Below are positions 27,075 through 39,509 of a DNA stretch of 64,000 bases, piece by piece. A program made the position numbers and the translations under genes. Source of the DNA: Octopus vulgaris (lineage: Eukaryota); assembly GCA_951406725.2 (NCBI GenBank), contig OX597821.1, positions 34,906,001 through 34,970,000 on the forward strand, given 5' to 3'. Position 1 is the stretch's first letter; every line of letters begins with the position of its first letter. The notes beneath the pieces are model-generated. The model was given only the letters and a program-made list of their open reading frames with translations. It made no database searches and had not been told where the DNA came from.

Positions 27075-27490
27075 TGTCATTATTCAGTTTTATTTCAAGA
27101 TTCCTTGCCAATAGAGAAAGACTTAGTTTGTAACCTACATACAAGGCTCCTTCACTGGAATGTCAACATCAACAACAGGGTATTTTTGTATGTATGTATA
27201 CGTGCAGATTTCTATGTTTTGTTTTATGTATGTCTTCCCATGTTGTATATTTTGTTTTATGCATATCTTCTCATGCATATATTTCCATATCTAGACATGC
27301 TCGTACATACTTAAATGATAAACTTCCGGAAAGTTTTACAGATTTTTACAGTTCCACTGAAGTCTTGGATCTGTAGTCTCCTTTCTGGTTTTGAGAAGCC
27401 TAGTTTCTCAAGATTGGTATTTAGGCAGTGTGTTAAACATCCCAGGGCCCCAGTAATTACAGGTATAAACCTGAACTTATAATCTGGGTA
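27075..27490 (-). mobile_element. RLE-type (R4/Dong-like) LINE 3' end, subfamily 1, copy A
   Basis: Minus strand encodes YPDYKFRFIPVITGALGCLTHCLNTNLEKLGFSKPERRLQIQDFSGTVKICKTFRKFII*, then 3'UTR; flanked by TATG repeats. Confidence 0.8.
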
Positions 27491-27574
27491 ATGTGTGTAT
27501 ATATGTATGTATGCATGTATAAAAACAAGTATGCATGTATGTACGTACGTACATATATATTATATTTCTATGTA

Positions 27575-27895
27575 TGTTCCTATTCGGCTTATTTCAAGAT
27601 TTTTTGCCAATAGAGAAAGAACCGGTTTCTAACCTAGATCCAAGTTTCCTACATTAAAATTTCAACATCAAAAACACGGTATTTTTGTATGTATGTATGT
27701 ATGTGCAGATTTGTATGTTTTATGCACGTATTCTCATGCATATATTTACATATCTAGACATGCTTATATATATTTAAATACTAAACTTCGGGAAAGTTTT
27801 ACGGATTTTTAGAGTTCCAGGGATGGATTGGATCTGTTGTCTTAGAATCAGCCTTCTACTTGCTGGTCTCTCAAGATTGGTATTCAGGCAGTGTG
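27575..27895 (-). mobile_element. RLE-type LINE 3' end, subfamily 1, copy B
   Basis: Direct repeat of copy A with a shorter 5' extent; abuts (TATG)n at 27897-28001. Confidence 0.8.
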
Positions 27896-28001
27896 CATGT
27901 ATGTATGTATGTATGTATGTATGTATGTATGTATGTATGTATGTATGTATGTATGTATGTATGTATGTATGTATGTATGTATGTATGCATGCATGTATGT
28001 A

Positions 28002-28235
28002 TGTGCAGATTTGTATGTTTTATGTATGTATTCTCATGCATATAGTTGCACATCTAGACATGCTCATATATTTAAATGATAAACCCCTGGGGAATTTTGC
28101 AGATGTTTACAGTTCCCGAGGTGGATTGGATCTGTAGTCTTCGAATTAGCTTTCTCCTTTCTGATTTTGTGATGCCTAGTTTCGCAAGATTGGTATTTAG
28201 GCAGTTTGTTGCATAGTTCATATTCTTGGGAAGCG
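28002..28235 (-). mobile_element. RLE-type LINE 3' end, subfamily 1, copy C
   Basis: ORF track gives CLNTNLAKLGITKSERRKLIRRLQIQSTSGTVNICKIPQGFII*. Confidence 0.8.
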
Positions 28236-28779
28236 AACTGCTTATCAAAAATGTGTGTGCACACACACTCACACACACGTACACACGTACACACACACAC
28301 ACAAAAATTATCTAAGAGAGATAACTCAGAATACTTAGAGGTATTTATATAAACAACGTAGATAAATATAGGTATATTAAATACCATACAATATAAATTG
28401 CTGATTTTTAAAAATCATGTCCATCTCTAGAGGATACACGGTAATTACCATATAGCAATTAAGGCTAGTCTCACGTGTGTGTGTGTGTGTGTGTATGTAT
28501 GTGTGTGTGTATAGCTAGCTATTAATTTCGCTCTATTTCTTGCTCTAGCCATCTTCCTACCGTCCTATAATCTCTTTTTCCTCGTCTCTCTCTCTGTGTC
28601 TCTCCCCACTCGCACGCACACACGCATAGACATACGCACATGCACAGATATTCACAGACACACACATAGGCACACACATTTGCCTATCTCAGCAGTTTAG
28701 CTTTGTAAGCATGTAGATAAGCAAAAAGGCAAAAAGGGAAAACGCTAGGAAACAGAGGGAGAGTGAGAGAGAGACAGGG

Positions 28780-28828
<49 letters not shown>

Positions 28829-29007
28829 AAAATAGAGAGAGAGAGAGAGAGAGGGGGAGAGCGAGGCAGAGAGAAAGAAAGAAGGAGGGAGAAAAAAATT
28901 TTGTCATTTTCTGAATTCCTGTAGAAACTTTAGTGTTAGAATTGTTTCTGAAAATAGACAAACATATAGGATAGATAATATCATCGCTATTAAAATGGCC
29001 ACTGCTT

Positions 29008-29038
<31 letters not shown>

Positions 29039-29201
29039 CAACAACAAGAGCAACAACAACAACACCACCACCACCACCATTGCTATAAAGCAACATTAGG
29101 AACAATAACATCAGTAACAAACGCAGCAATTCCATCAACAACAATAACACACACAAGAAGCATTGTTCCAATCATACTATTTATTATCTCTACCATTATG
29201 C

Positions 29202-29262
<61 letters not shown>

Positions 29263-29747
29263 GTTATTATTATTATTATTATTGATGTTATTTATTAGCG
29301 TGTTGTTCTGCTCTGGGAAGTTGTCAGGGAAGAATTCTTCGCTTAAATATTTACTCCCGAAACCATTATGTAGGTGAAAACAAGCAATATTTGTTAAAGT
29401 AAAGCAAAATAAACGAGGATGATTCAAAGGGGTGGTGGTGGTTGGTGGGTGGGGGGAAATAATGGGACATCATTAGCGAGAAACGTTGCTTTTATAAGAA
29501 AAGTGTGTGTGTGGTAGGAGTGAAGAAATACGAGAGACAGAACACAATACATAAGAGTATTATTTTTTAAAATTGTGCTGTAAGGTCTGATACAAAACTC
29601 CAGAGACACGAAATGCCGAGTGTTTCAAGTATTGCACATGTCATCAGACTGTATCTATGTATGTATGTATCTATGTATGTATGTATGTATGTATGTATGT
29701 ATGTATGTGCGCATGCATGTATGTATGTATGTATGTATTTGTCTGTC

Positions 29748-29887
<140 letters not shown>

Positions 29888-30265
29888 CCTACCTACCTAT
29901 ATATATATATATATATATATACAAAATTTAAAGGACTGACCACTAAAAGTGGACAGTCACTATGCTAGATATAGACGTCAAAATCGCTATTTTCCATGAA
30001 GAATGTGTTCTCAAGAAAAAACTCAGCAAAAAACCCAAGTGTAAAAAAATAAGCAAGACAAACACACAGATACAGACACAGCCACACACGCACACACATG
30101 CACACACATGTGTGTATGTGAGAGTGTTTGTGCGGGTGTGTATGTGTGTATGTGTACAAGTATGCATACACGAATGTGCGTATATACGTGTGTGCATATA
30201 TGTTTCTATTCCCTAAATTTCTTTTCCAAGTCATTGCTTATCTCGAGTGTGCCGATGACAACAAG

Positions 30266-30299
<34 letters not shown>

Positions 30300-30300
<1 letters not shown>

Positions 30301-30510
30301 AGGGAGAATTCGCAAAAAAAAACAAACAAACAAACAAAAGACGAAGACAGGTGGTGTAGACAACAAAAACAGATGTAATTGTATAACGCTCGGGAAGTGA
30401 AAAAGTCGTTAATGTTTCGAGCCTACGCTCTTACACAGAGAGGAATACAGAAAGAAACAAGGAGAAAAAATAAAGTATGTGTAGTGGATAGCGATCTATC
30501 ATAGCGAGTG
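30300..30510 (-). mobile_element. Family H1 element with a degenerate hammerhead-like motif
   Basis: Reverse complement of 21770-21945; CTGTGTAA-gagc-gtag-gctc-GAAAC. Confidence 0.6.
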
Positions 30511-30749
30511 GTGTGCGTTTATGTACGTGTGTGTGTGTTTGTATGTATGTATACACACATAAATATGACTTAAGAATATACATATTACACAGCATTTTAC
30601 GCATACGTGTTGTAATATATTTCTGTATGTACGCCTGGGTGCATATGCGTCAGTTGGTCTCTCTGCCTGTCTGTGTATCTGTCTGTCTGTGTGTCTGTCA
30701 GTCTGCCTATCTGTTTGTGTGCCTTTCTCTTTAACTATCTTTATACACT

Positions 30750-30935
30750 ATATATATATATATATATCGCAATTTCTGTCTGTCTGTTAGCATCTTAATG
30801 CCTAAATCAGCGAACCAATATTCATGAAACTTTGCATATAAGTTACACTGATATCGAATTCAATAATAGGCTAATTGGATTTCGATAAAAATCTATAATG
30901 TGCTCCCCGGGAGCATTGGGCGAATTATATAATAA
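30750..30935 (+). mobile_element. Non-autonomous Helitron-like fragment
   Basis: TATATA...TCTGTCTGTCTG start, ATGAAACTTTGCA motif and subterminal hairpin TGCTCCCCGGGAGCA. Confidence 0.4.
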
Positions 30936-30990
30936 AATGAGGAAGTTATAAAACATATTAGTCTGTGGGGAAGTTAGTAACAGAGAGATC

Positions 30991-31265
30991 GTGACTATCC
31001 TCCCGAAGAACCTGAGAGACCTGCATGGGGTGGATGCAGATGTCTTTAAAATGAAACTGGATCTCTTCCTGTCGGGTGTCCCAGATGAACCAACTTCACG
31101 GCAGGAGGTGCAGATGAGGGCAGCTGCATCGAACTCTCTCATGCACCAAATGGCAGTTGCTAAAAAGCTTTCGTGAAGTAAAACCATGTAGCAACACCAA
31201 ATGGCGGTGCCCCAGCATGGCCACAGCTCATGAGCTGAAACTAGATTCAATCAATCAATCAATCA
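30991..31265 (+). mobile_element. CR1-group LINE 3' end (ORF2 C-terminus, 3'UTR, (TCAA)n tail)
   Basis: LPKNLRDLHGVDADVFKMKLDLFLSGVPDEP...AAASNSLMHQ* resembles invertebrate CR1-like ORF2 ends; tail TCAATCAATCAATC. Confidence 0.75.
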
Positions 31266-31334
31266 TATAAGTGAAAGCGAGAACAGCGGTGGCAACGGGA
31301 TGAAAAGTGTTACTACAGCTGTCATATACACGTA

Positions 31335-31392
31335 ACGCGACCCTACGACCGCGAGTCCGCTGCTCTAACCACTAGGCCATTGTGCATCCACT
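31335..31392 (-). mobile_element. SINE family C head fragment
   Basis: CCTACGACCGCGAGTCCGCTGC..TAACCACT.GGCCATTG. Confidence 0.7.
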
Positions 31393-31421
31393 TCTATATA
31401 TAGAAGCTGCAGCTGCTGCTG

Positions 31422-31457
<36 letters not shown>

Positions 31458-31459
31458 AA

Positions 31460-31536
<77 letters not shown>

Positions 31537-31954
31537 ATAATAATAATAATGATAATAATAATAATAATGAATAATAATAGATAACGGTAATAGCAATTAC
31601 AACTATAACAACAACTTCAATAATAATAAGCACTACAAAATGTACTTGCTGAATGTAGGATAAAATAATTGCTGTGTTGCTGATATGATCATAATTCTTT
31701 TGCAATAACGTGTCAAAATAACATCATAAAATGGAACGGAAATCTTTAAACAAAGCCCACGTTTCGGATTTCATAGGCTTTTATCATCAACTTATATCCG
31801 TGAGTAAACGTTGTAGTGTCAGAGACGTATTTCAGTTTGGCCCGCACATATGTACATACATAGATACAGATACATATATACAAACATACATATACGCAAG
31901 CAGACATACATACATACAAACGCACACACACGCACACAAACATACACACACATA

Positions 31955-32143
31955 TACTTACATGCATGCTCACATACATACGTGTATGCGTACATAGGTG
32001 TATATATATATATGTATGCATACATGTATGGATGCATACATAGGTGTATATATATATATATATATATATGTATACATGCATGCATGCATACATGTATGGA
32101 TGCATACATGTCAAACTACACACATACGTGTATGCGTATATAG

Positions 32144-32179
<36 letters not shown>

Positions 32180-32253
32180 ATGTATACATGCATGCGCATA
32201 CATGTATGGATGCATACATGTCAAACTACATACATACGTGTATGCGTACATAG

Positions 32254-32305
<52 letters not shown>

Positions 32306-32360
32306 GCAGTGTATACATGCATGCATACATGTTGCATACACGTCAAACTACATACATGCG
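31955..32360. repeat. Compound minisatellite, units about 110-125 bp
   Basis: Repeated ATGTATGGATGCATACATGTCAAACTACA..CATACGTGTATGCGTA.ATAGGTG(TA)n. Confidence 0.8.
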
Positions 32361-32594
32361 TTCTTATAAATGCTTATATGAATACTTTTAGTTATAGATA
32401 CGTATATGAGTACGTATGTATATGTATGCATACATACACATACGTACATATATGAATTCGTGAATTGCCCAAACACGTGATTAAGGGCATGTACATGCAA
32501 TGTAGAACCTACTGTGGTTGTTGTTGATTATTTGTGTCGGCAACTGGCAAATACTTTGTTCAAAGGAGCAGACCTGACCCATATGTGTCCTTTA

Positions 32595-32637
<43 letters not shown>

Positions 32638-32732
32638 AGACTAGCTGCATCCGTGCAATGAAATGTTCTGCCTGGTCGTCGTCTTTTCATCTGATCACAT
32701 GGAAGTATCTAAATTTGTATGTATGTAAATAT

Positions 32733-33000
32733 ATATTTCTTTATAACCCACAAGGGGCTAAACATAGAGGGGACAAACAAGGACAGACAAAGGGATTAAG
32801 TCGATTATATCGACCCCAGTGCGAAACTGGTACTTTATTTATCGACCCCGAGATGATGAAAGGCAAAGTCGACCTCGACGGAATTTGAACTCAGAACGTA
32901 ACGACAGACGAAATACCTCTAAGCATTTCGCCTGGCGCGCTAATGTTTCTGCCAGCCTGCCGCCTTGAAGCCAGCTCGCCGCCTTAGCCAGCTCGCCGCC
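32733..33000 (-). mobile_element. SINE family A (tail a) with a triplicated 5' end
   Basis: 19-bp TSD TTTGTATGTATGTAAATAT at 32714-32732 and 33001-33019. Confidence 0.9.
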
Positions 33001-33036
33001 TTTGTATGTATGTAAATATGTTTGTATGTAGTTATG

Positions 33037-33330
33037 CGAGACAGATGAGTGACAACCTGGCCACTTGTGGTGAACACACCATACTAATCATATCTGTCGG
33101 GCATGTGGAAGAGAGTGCAATTCGACAGGAGGACTTAAACGACATGCAAAGGTACATGAAGCCCAGTTACAACTACAGCCGGCTATTACCGGTAAAGGTT
33201 TTAGTTGCCAATTCTGTACAAGACATTGTAGATATTTCGCTGGGCTAAAAAGTCACATTCGATCACAGCACCAGTAGCAGTTAAGCTTCGCGTAATGGCA
33301 ATACTCGATAACGAGGGGGCAGCCATCATC
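33037..33330 (+). mobile_element. RTE-clade LINE 3' end with C2H2 zinc fingers, copy 1
   Basis: HICRACGRECNSTGGLKRHAKVH...FSCQFCTRHCRYFAGLKSHIRSQHQ*, short UTR, (ATC)n tail; 11-bp TSD ATGTAGTTATG at 33026-33036 and 33331-33341. Confidence 0.75.
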
Positions 33331-33446
33331 ATGTAGTTATGTATATATGTACGTATGTGCTTGGAACACACTGTCATAATTGAATTAGCTGCCAGCGCAT
33401 GTATGTATGTATGTATGTATGTATGTATGTATGTATGTATGTATGT

Positions 33447-33946
33447 GTTCACTTCGTCTTACCAATTCAGAATAAAATTTGACCGGCCGCCTAATTTGTA
33501 GCAAGGTTGGAAAGGAAGGCGTCTTGCTTTGTTCGTCATCCTTTAAATTTTAAAAAGATCTTACAGATATTTATAGTCACAGATATCGTGTTCATTTGTA
33601 GTGTATGAATTAAGCATTTACTTTCTCTCCCCAAGAACCCAACTACAGCTATGCCTTGTCCCAGACGGATTAGTACGTACCCTGTTACTCTAATAATATG
33701 TATGAAACTGAAAGTATATCTTCAGCACATGATTTGGAAACTCCTTATCAATGGCTTTTTTGCGTGTATTTTTCTAACCGCATTGATGTCCAGAGGGCAG
33801 CTGATCTCTACAACAGCGTATCGTTTCCCTTTAGTCCTATACAACAATATTTGGCCGGTTGTGTTGTAACTTGATGGCTGCTTAAATTTATAAACTCCCC
33901 CAATATGCTTTTGACCCACCAGTCTCTATATAGTCGACTTCGTCCA
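33447..33946 (-). mobile_element. RLE-type LINE 3' end, subfamily 2
   Basis: KLQHNRPNIVV...AVVEISCPLDIN (restriction-like endonuclease) and LIHTLQMNTISVTINICKIFLKFKG*; (TATG)n on both sides. Confidence 0.75.
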
Positions 33947-34005
33947 TGTATGTATGTATGTATGTATGCATATGTGGTTCACATACATATACATACCACA
34001 TACAT

Positions 34006-34346
34006 ACCTCAGTAAAGCTGGACTAAAGAGTCATCTTCGTAGTCATAGAGCGAGATAGATGAGTGACAACCTGGCCACTGGTGGTGGTGTAACACACCAT
34101 ACTAATCATATCTGTCGGGCATGTGGAAGAGAGTGTAATTCGACAGGAGGACTTAAACGACATGCAAAGGCACTTGAAGCCCAGTTACAACTACAGCCGG
34201 CTATTACCGGTAAAGGTTTCAGTTGCCAACTCTGTACAAGACATTGTAGATATTTCGCTGGGCTAAAAAGTCACATTCGATCACAGCACTAGTAACAGTT
34301 AAGCTTCGTGCAATGGCCATACTCGATAACGAGGGGGCAGCCATAA
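34006..34346 (+). mobile_element. RTE-clade LINE 3' end with C2H2 zinc fingers, copy 2
   Basis: Close direct repeat of 33037-33330 with extra upstream LSKAGLKSHLRSH. Confidence 0.75.
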
Positions 34347-34359
34347 TGTATGTATGTAT

Positions 34360-35136
34360 TACGTCATATGTAAACGAACATAAGTTTATTTTTGACGCAT
34401 TGAAATGTATTGTAGAAAATAAATCTTTCTACTTGCATGTATGTATAAGTAAGTGTGTGTGTGTGTGTTTGTGTGTTCTTTTCTGTTTTTAACTATTTAA
34501 ATTCTTCCTTTGAAGAATGAACTCGTTTCTAAGAAATATATATAGTTTCATTTAAATTTAAATTTAAGAAAAGTCTTGCAAATTTTTACTGGTCCAGAAG
34601 CAGATTGTATTTCTGATGTGCGAGTTAGTTGCTGGATTTCTTTTCCTGAAAATCCTAACTTATCACTTTGGCATTTACTCACAGAATCAATTACCCCCAT
34701 CGTAATAGTTATAAGCGTAAACTTATAATCTGAATTTAGAAGCAGGAGGTTTCGAAGCAGTTGTCTGCAACTAAGCACTTTCTCTTTGAGTTATTCACAC
34801 CACTATGACTGCTGGCCTCTATGACTGTAAATACTTTTTGTCTGTTCCAAACAACAATATCCGAACAGTTTACAGTTGACAGATGTCTTGATGGGAATGT
34901 TCCATCAATATTCCTTCGCCTTGATGTTTGTGTATGCAGTCAATAAGAAGGGAATTCTCTATATTTATATAAGGACAGTCTTTTTCCGTCGAATGGCATC
35001 GTATATTGTTTTTGCGACAGCGCCATGTCGTACAGGAAGTGCCTTGATAACATTTTTGAGCAGTGCTATTCCCATGTGTGATATCTACCACAGAAATATG
35101 ATACAATCTACATTTACGGTTACATCTTTTAGCTAA
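34360..35136 (-). mobile_element. RLE-type LINE 3' end, subfamily 3
   Basis: Decayed CCHC region (KCRLYH..VDITH), LPVRHGAVAKTIYD, WNIPIKT, DIVVWNR..VIEAS, and LLRNLLLLNSDYKF...VKICKTFLKF*; TATG repeats on both sides. Confidence 0.8.
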
Positions 35137-35899
35137 GTATGTATGTATGTATGTATGTATGTATGTATGTATGTATGTATGTATGTATGTATGCATGCAT
35201 GCATGCATGTATGTATGTATGCATGCATGCATGTATGTATGTATGTATGTATGTATGTATACATGTATGTATGTATATATATATGTATGTATGTATGTAT
35301 ATAAGTATGTATGTATATATGTATATATGTATGTATGTATATATGTATGTATATATGTATGTATGTGTGTGTGTGTTTCTGCCTGCGTGTGTATATATGT
35401 GTGTATGTTTGTATGTGTATGCATTTGTCTAGAGTGTGCGTGCGTATGTTCGCGTTGTGTAGGCGGGAATTGAGCCATTTTCACGTCACTTACGACTGTA
35501 AATGTGACCTCTGATTGCAGCGTACAGCTTGGTTGTCGTGTCTTATATGTATTCAGTATGCTAATGGACACTCCAAAGCTTAACAAACGAATGATTATTG
35601 GTTTGTAGAAATCTTAATCCACCTGTTCATAAAAAAAAAAGAAAAAATCCCCTGCATACACGCATGAACATAGTCGTATGAAATTGTCCGTTTCTTTTCA
35701 AGAAAACCTAACATAGCAGTCCTGCAACCATATGTAAAGATTGAGGCTGAATCAAATGGGCTCTATGCGTCCATTTTTCATAGTGGATCTTTCCGGGAAG
35801 ATTTTCGTATAAAAACAGATAAAAATAACGAAATAAATGGTAGTAAAGTCCTGATCACAGTGTAGTAAATACGTATAGATCACAAATACATGCACGCAC

Positions 35900-35975
<76 letters not shown>

Positions 35976-36358
35976 ATGGGGAAAGATTTATACTGTTGCA
36001 CGTATAGCTGCCTACATTTAAAATATACGTTTATATATACACAATTACATACATTCATGCATGCATAAATCCATCCAAACTACACACTCAACGAAAATGT
36101 ATAAGTACTTACAAGTATATGCAAAAATACTTAGTTAAAAATATGGACATGTACTCACAAATATACGTTCAGATATACGCGCATTAAATAAATATATGCA
36201 TTCATACGTATCATTTGTACTAATACAGTGTTGGGTGAGTAGAAAAATAGATATACAAAAGACAACTTTAGAAAATGTATTGATTACAGGTTAAACAACT
36301 ATAAAGGTGATGTTTTCAAGAACTAGGCATGTTCTTCACAATATTTGTATATATCATA

Positions 36359-36930
36359 CGATGGGGGGGTGGGTGCTGAACAGTTCCTGACCTTGGGTAA
36401 AAGAAAATATAGGAAAATCAGTTAACTACGATCTTAATCAACACAAGCAAAACGCCCCCCGTCCAATGGACGATGCAGAGTTGTTAAACATTTAAACCAA
36501 ATTTTCTCAAAACAACTTGTCCGACCGTCCCATTTTGTGGCATTATTTCAAGCCAGCCGGCTTCTTTTGTGCAAACTGCACGTGCATTTTTCTCGCGTAT
36601 GCGTAGTATCGATCGCAACAGCTGATGTACTTGCACGTAGAAATGCACGTTCCACGGCTTTATCGATCGCATTCTCACCTGGAATGGATTTTTGTAATTT
36701 TTTCAAGACTTATACATGCCCTGATACCGTTGGTTTCTACATACCAAATTTGAGCGCAATCGGATGGAGGATGCCCGAGATCCTAGAAGACACACACACA
36801 GACAGACAGAACGGATTTTATATAATAGATATTTCTCTCTCAGATTCACTCACTTATTGCAGCGGTCCTTCAGTGTTTCTAAGCCTGTTAAAGAACTTGG
36901 AAGGTTGGGCCTCCAGCCAGCTAAGAACTT
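36359..36930 (-). mobile_element. Mariner transposon right end, interrupted by a Helitron-like insert
   Basis: Homologous to 51503-51720 (CTCAGATT.AC.CACTTATTGCAGCGGTCCTTCAGT); TA-CGA terminus. Confidence 0.7.
36444..36829 (-). mobile_element. Non-autonomous Helitron-like element
   Basis: Minus strand 5'-TC...CTTG-3', subterminal hairpin CGTCCAATGGACG, inserted between host A and T with no TSD. Confidence 0.7.
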
Positions 36931-37338
36931 TACAGCCTCTCCTCGAGAATGTGTGCGCGTGTGTGTATGTGTGTGTGTGTATATGAGTGTATGTGTATGT
37001 GTGTGTGTGTTTTAGATATTTTTAAAAGCCAAACCAATGTCCGTTATAAAAAGATTAATTGTACAGGCTGATGGTTAGTACTATTACCTGGCATTTCAGA
37101 CCCCTTTTCGAGAAATCCAGAGAAAAGGTGTTGAGGGCTACATTAGACACCAATATAAAATATAAAACAAAAATCGGAAGATCGAAGCTGGAAGGTTGCT
37201 TTGTCGAGACTGACATCAACAATAACAACAACAGTGAAATCAATAAAACAGTTAGACATCAACATTGCAATTACGGCCGACAGAAATAGTAGCCAATTCA
37301 ACCCTAGTTCACATTTTCCCCATTCAACAGGGAATCGC

Positions 37339-37557
37339 CCTGGCAGAAACGTTAGCACGCCGGGCGAAATGCTTAGCGGTATTTCGTCTGCCGTTTCGTT
37401 CTGAGTTCAAATTCCGCCGAGGTCGACTTTCATCCTTTCGGGGTCGATTAAATAAGTACCAGTTACGCACTAGGGTCGATATAATCGACTTAATCCGTTT
37501 GTCTGTCCTTGTTTGTCCTCTCTGTGTTTAGCCCCTTGTGGGTAGTAAAGAAACAGG
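37339..37557 (+). mobile_element. SINE family A (tail a)
   Basis: Head slightly truncated; core and tail a present. Confidence 0.9.
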
Positions 37558-37735
37558 TATCTCAAAAAAGTTACACGTAGCTGTCAAATTACCCTCAATT
37601 AAAACATTATTGACAGCTGTAATGTAATATCTAAGGATGATCTTAACGCGCGTGTCCCTAGACCTTAGCTAGGTATGTTATATATTGTACCCGACTCTAC
37701 CTCATGCCGCTTTCGCTATTTTGCTGAAAACTAGT

Positions 37736-38103
37736 ATGTCTGGACGTGGTAAAGGCGGAGGTAAATTGAAGGGGAAGAGCAAGAGTCGTTCATCCCGTGC
37801 TGGAATTCAGTTCCCTGTCGCTCGTATCCACTGTCTTCTAAGTGAGGGAAACTATGGCCAACCGTGTTGGTGCCGGAACCCCAATCTACTTGGTTGCACT
37901 TATACAATATTTAATTGCCGAAGTTTCGGAATTGACATGAAATGCTGCCAGCGATAACAAGAAATTAAGAATTATTCCCCGTCATTTGCAGTTGGTCATC
38001 TGTAACGACGGTTAATTGAAAAAATTTTTGTCTGGAGTGACCATCACCCAGGGTGGTGTCCTTCCCAATATCCAGGTTGTTTTCCCCAAGAAGACCCAAG
38101 TAA
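37736..38103 (+). pseudogene. H2A: Histone H2A pseudogene
   Basis: [35 protein letters not shown], +1 frameshift near 37856, then [10 protein letters not shown]...[55 protein letters not shown] with two stop codons. Confidence 0.95.
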
Positions 38104-38476
38104 GTGCCTTCTTGGTCATGATATTTCGTTGTAGTAACCGAGCATCGCTATGAATTTTCCTAATGTTTATATATATATATGTATGTATATATGTTTGCAT
38201 ATATGTATGTATAAAAATGTGTGTGTGTATATATATATATACATATATACACACTAAAACATGGTAAGCCAGAGATTAAGCACGTCTGAATCGTGTATCA
38301 AGCAGAGTTTAATAGGGTCATCCACCGATTGATCGATATGTCTGAGTGGGTGGTATTGAGCAATTGAGACGAACATCTATCTTAAAGCATCAGACATCGT
38401 GCGATGAAGCGAGGAAAATCAATTGGTAGACAGATCGATATGTTGTTATAAAGATCGATATATATATAATGATCTA

Positions 38477-39131
38477 GAGGTGCAGGTATGGTCGTGCAGT
38501 TAAGAAGTCCGTTTTACAGCCATGTGGTTTCGGGTTCAGTTCCACTCTGCGACACCTTGGCCAAAAGTCTTCTGCTATAGCCCCATGCCGATCGATGCAC
38601 ACACACACACACACAAATACACATACACACAAACGCACACACACACACACACATACACATATATATACTCGTATATATACGTATACACATACATATACAT
38701 AGACACACATACATACGTACATACAAATATACATACATGCATACACACATATATAATGTGTGTGTGTGTGTGTGTGTGTGTGCGTGCGTATGTATGTCTC
38801 ACCGGTGCCGGTTTCGTTTTTTTACGTCTCAGTAACATAGCGGGTCGGTAAAATACCGATAAAATGAGTACCAGTCGATTTCTTCAACTAAGTCCTTCGA
38901 AGAGATACTCCTCCACGGCTGCTGTATGGGCGAAGCATGACCGCATTCCAGTGACTGCAGCAAATTAAAGAGGCAGGAGTGGCTATGTTGTAAGTAGCTT
39001 GCTTATCAATCACATGGTTTCGGGTTCAGTCCCACTGCGTGGCAACTTGGGAACGCGTCTTCTACTATAGCCTCGGGCCGACCAAAGCCTAGTGAGTGGA
39101 TTTGGTAGACGGAAACTGAAAGAAGCCCGTC

Positions 39132-39135
<4 letters not shown>
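38477..39135 (+). mobile_element. Two tandem SINE family B copies (an old copy, then a younger 5' half at 38971-39135)
   Basis: Two successive heads with CATG(T)GGTTTCGGGTTCAGT. Confidence 0.75.
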
Positions 39136-39170
<35 letters not shown>

Positions 39171-39177
<7 letters not shown>

Positions 39178-39403
39178 ATCACGTGACCATCAGATGTTTT
39201 TACACATTGTTTTAGCCTTTGAATGACGCTGGCTAAGCGAGCAGGCCAGAAAGACAGCAGGGATCACCAGCCCCTGCCGGAACCTCGTGAAGGTTTTAGG
39301 TGTTTTCGCTCAATAAACACTCACAACACCCGGCTTGGGAATCGAAACCGCGATCCTCCGACCGCGAGTCCGCTGCCCTAACCACTGGGCCATTGCGCCT
39401 CCA
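39171..39403 (-). mobile_element. SINE family C, internally deleted
   Basis: Matches 23176-23473. Confidence 0.88.
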
Positions 39404-39404
39404 C

Positions 39405-39508
<104 letters not shown>

Positions 39509-39509
39509 C

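Noticed and set aside
31955-32360. CRISPR-like repeat-spacer array
   Set aside because: The spacers are variable (TA)n, the units are microsatellite-derived, the context is eukaryotic and there are no cas genes
34059-34292. Host C2H2 zinc-finger gene
   Set aside because: Two differently truncated copies with a retro-type tail and a TSD, and an in-frame stop just upstream; better explained as LINE 3' ends
38100-38105. GTAAGT splice donor making the H2A sequence an expressed exon
   Set aside because: The upstream frameshift and two stops exclude a functional H2A, and no partner exon is visible
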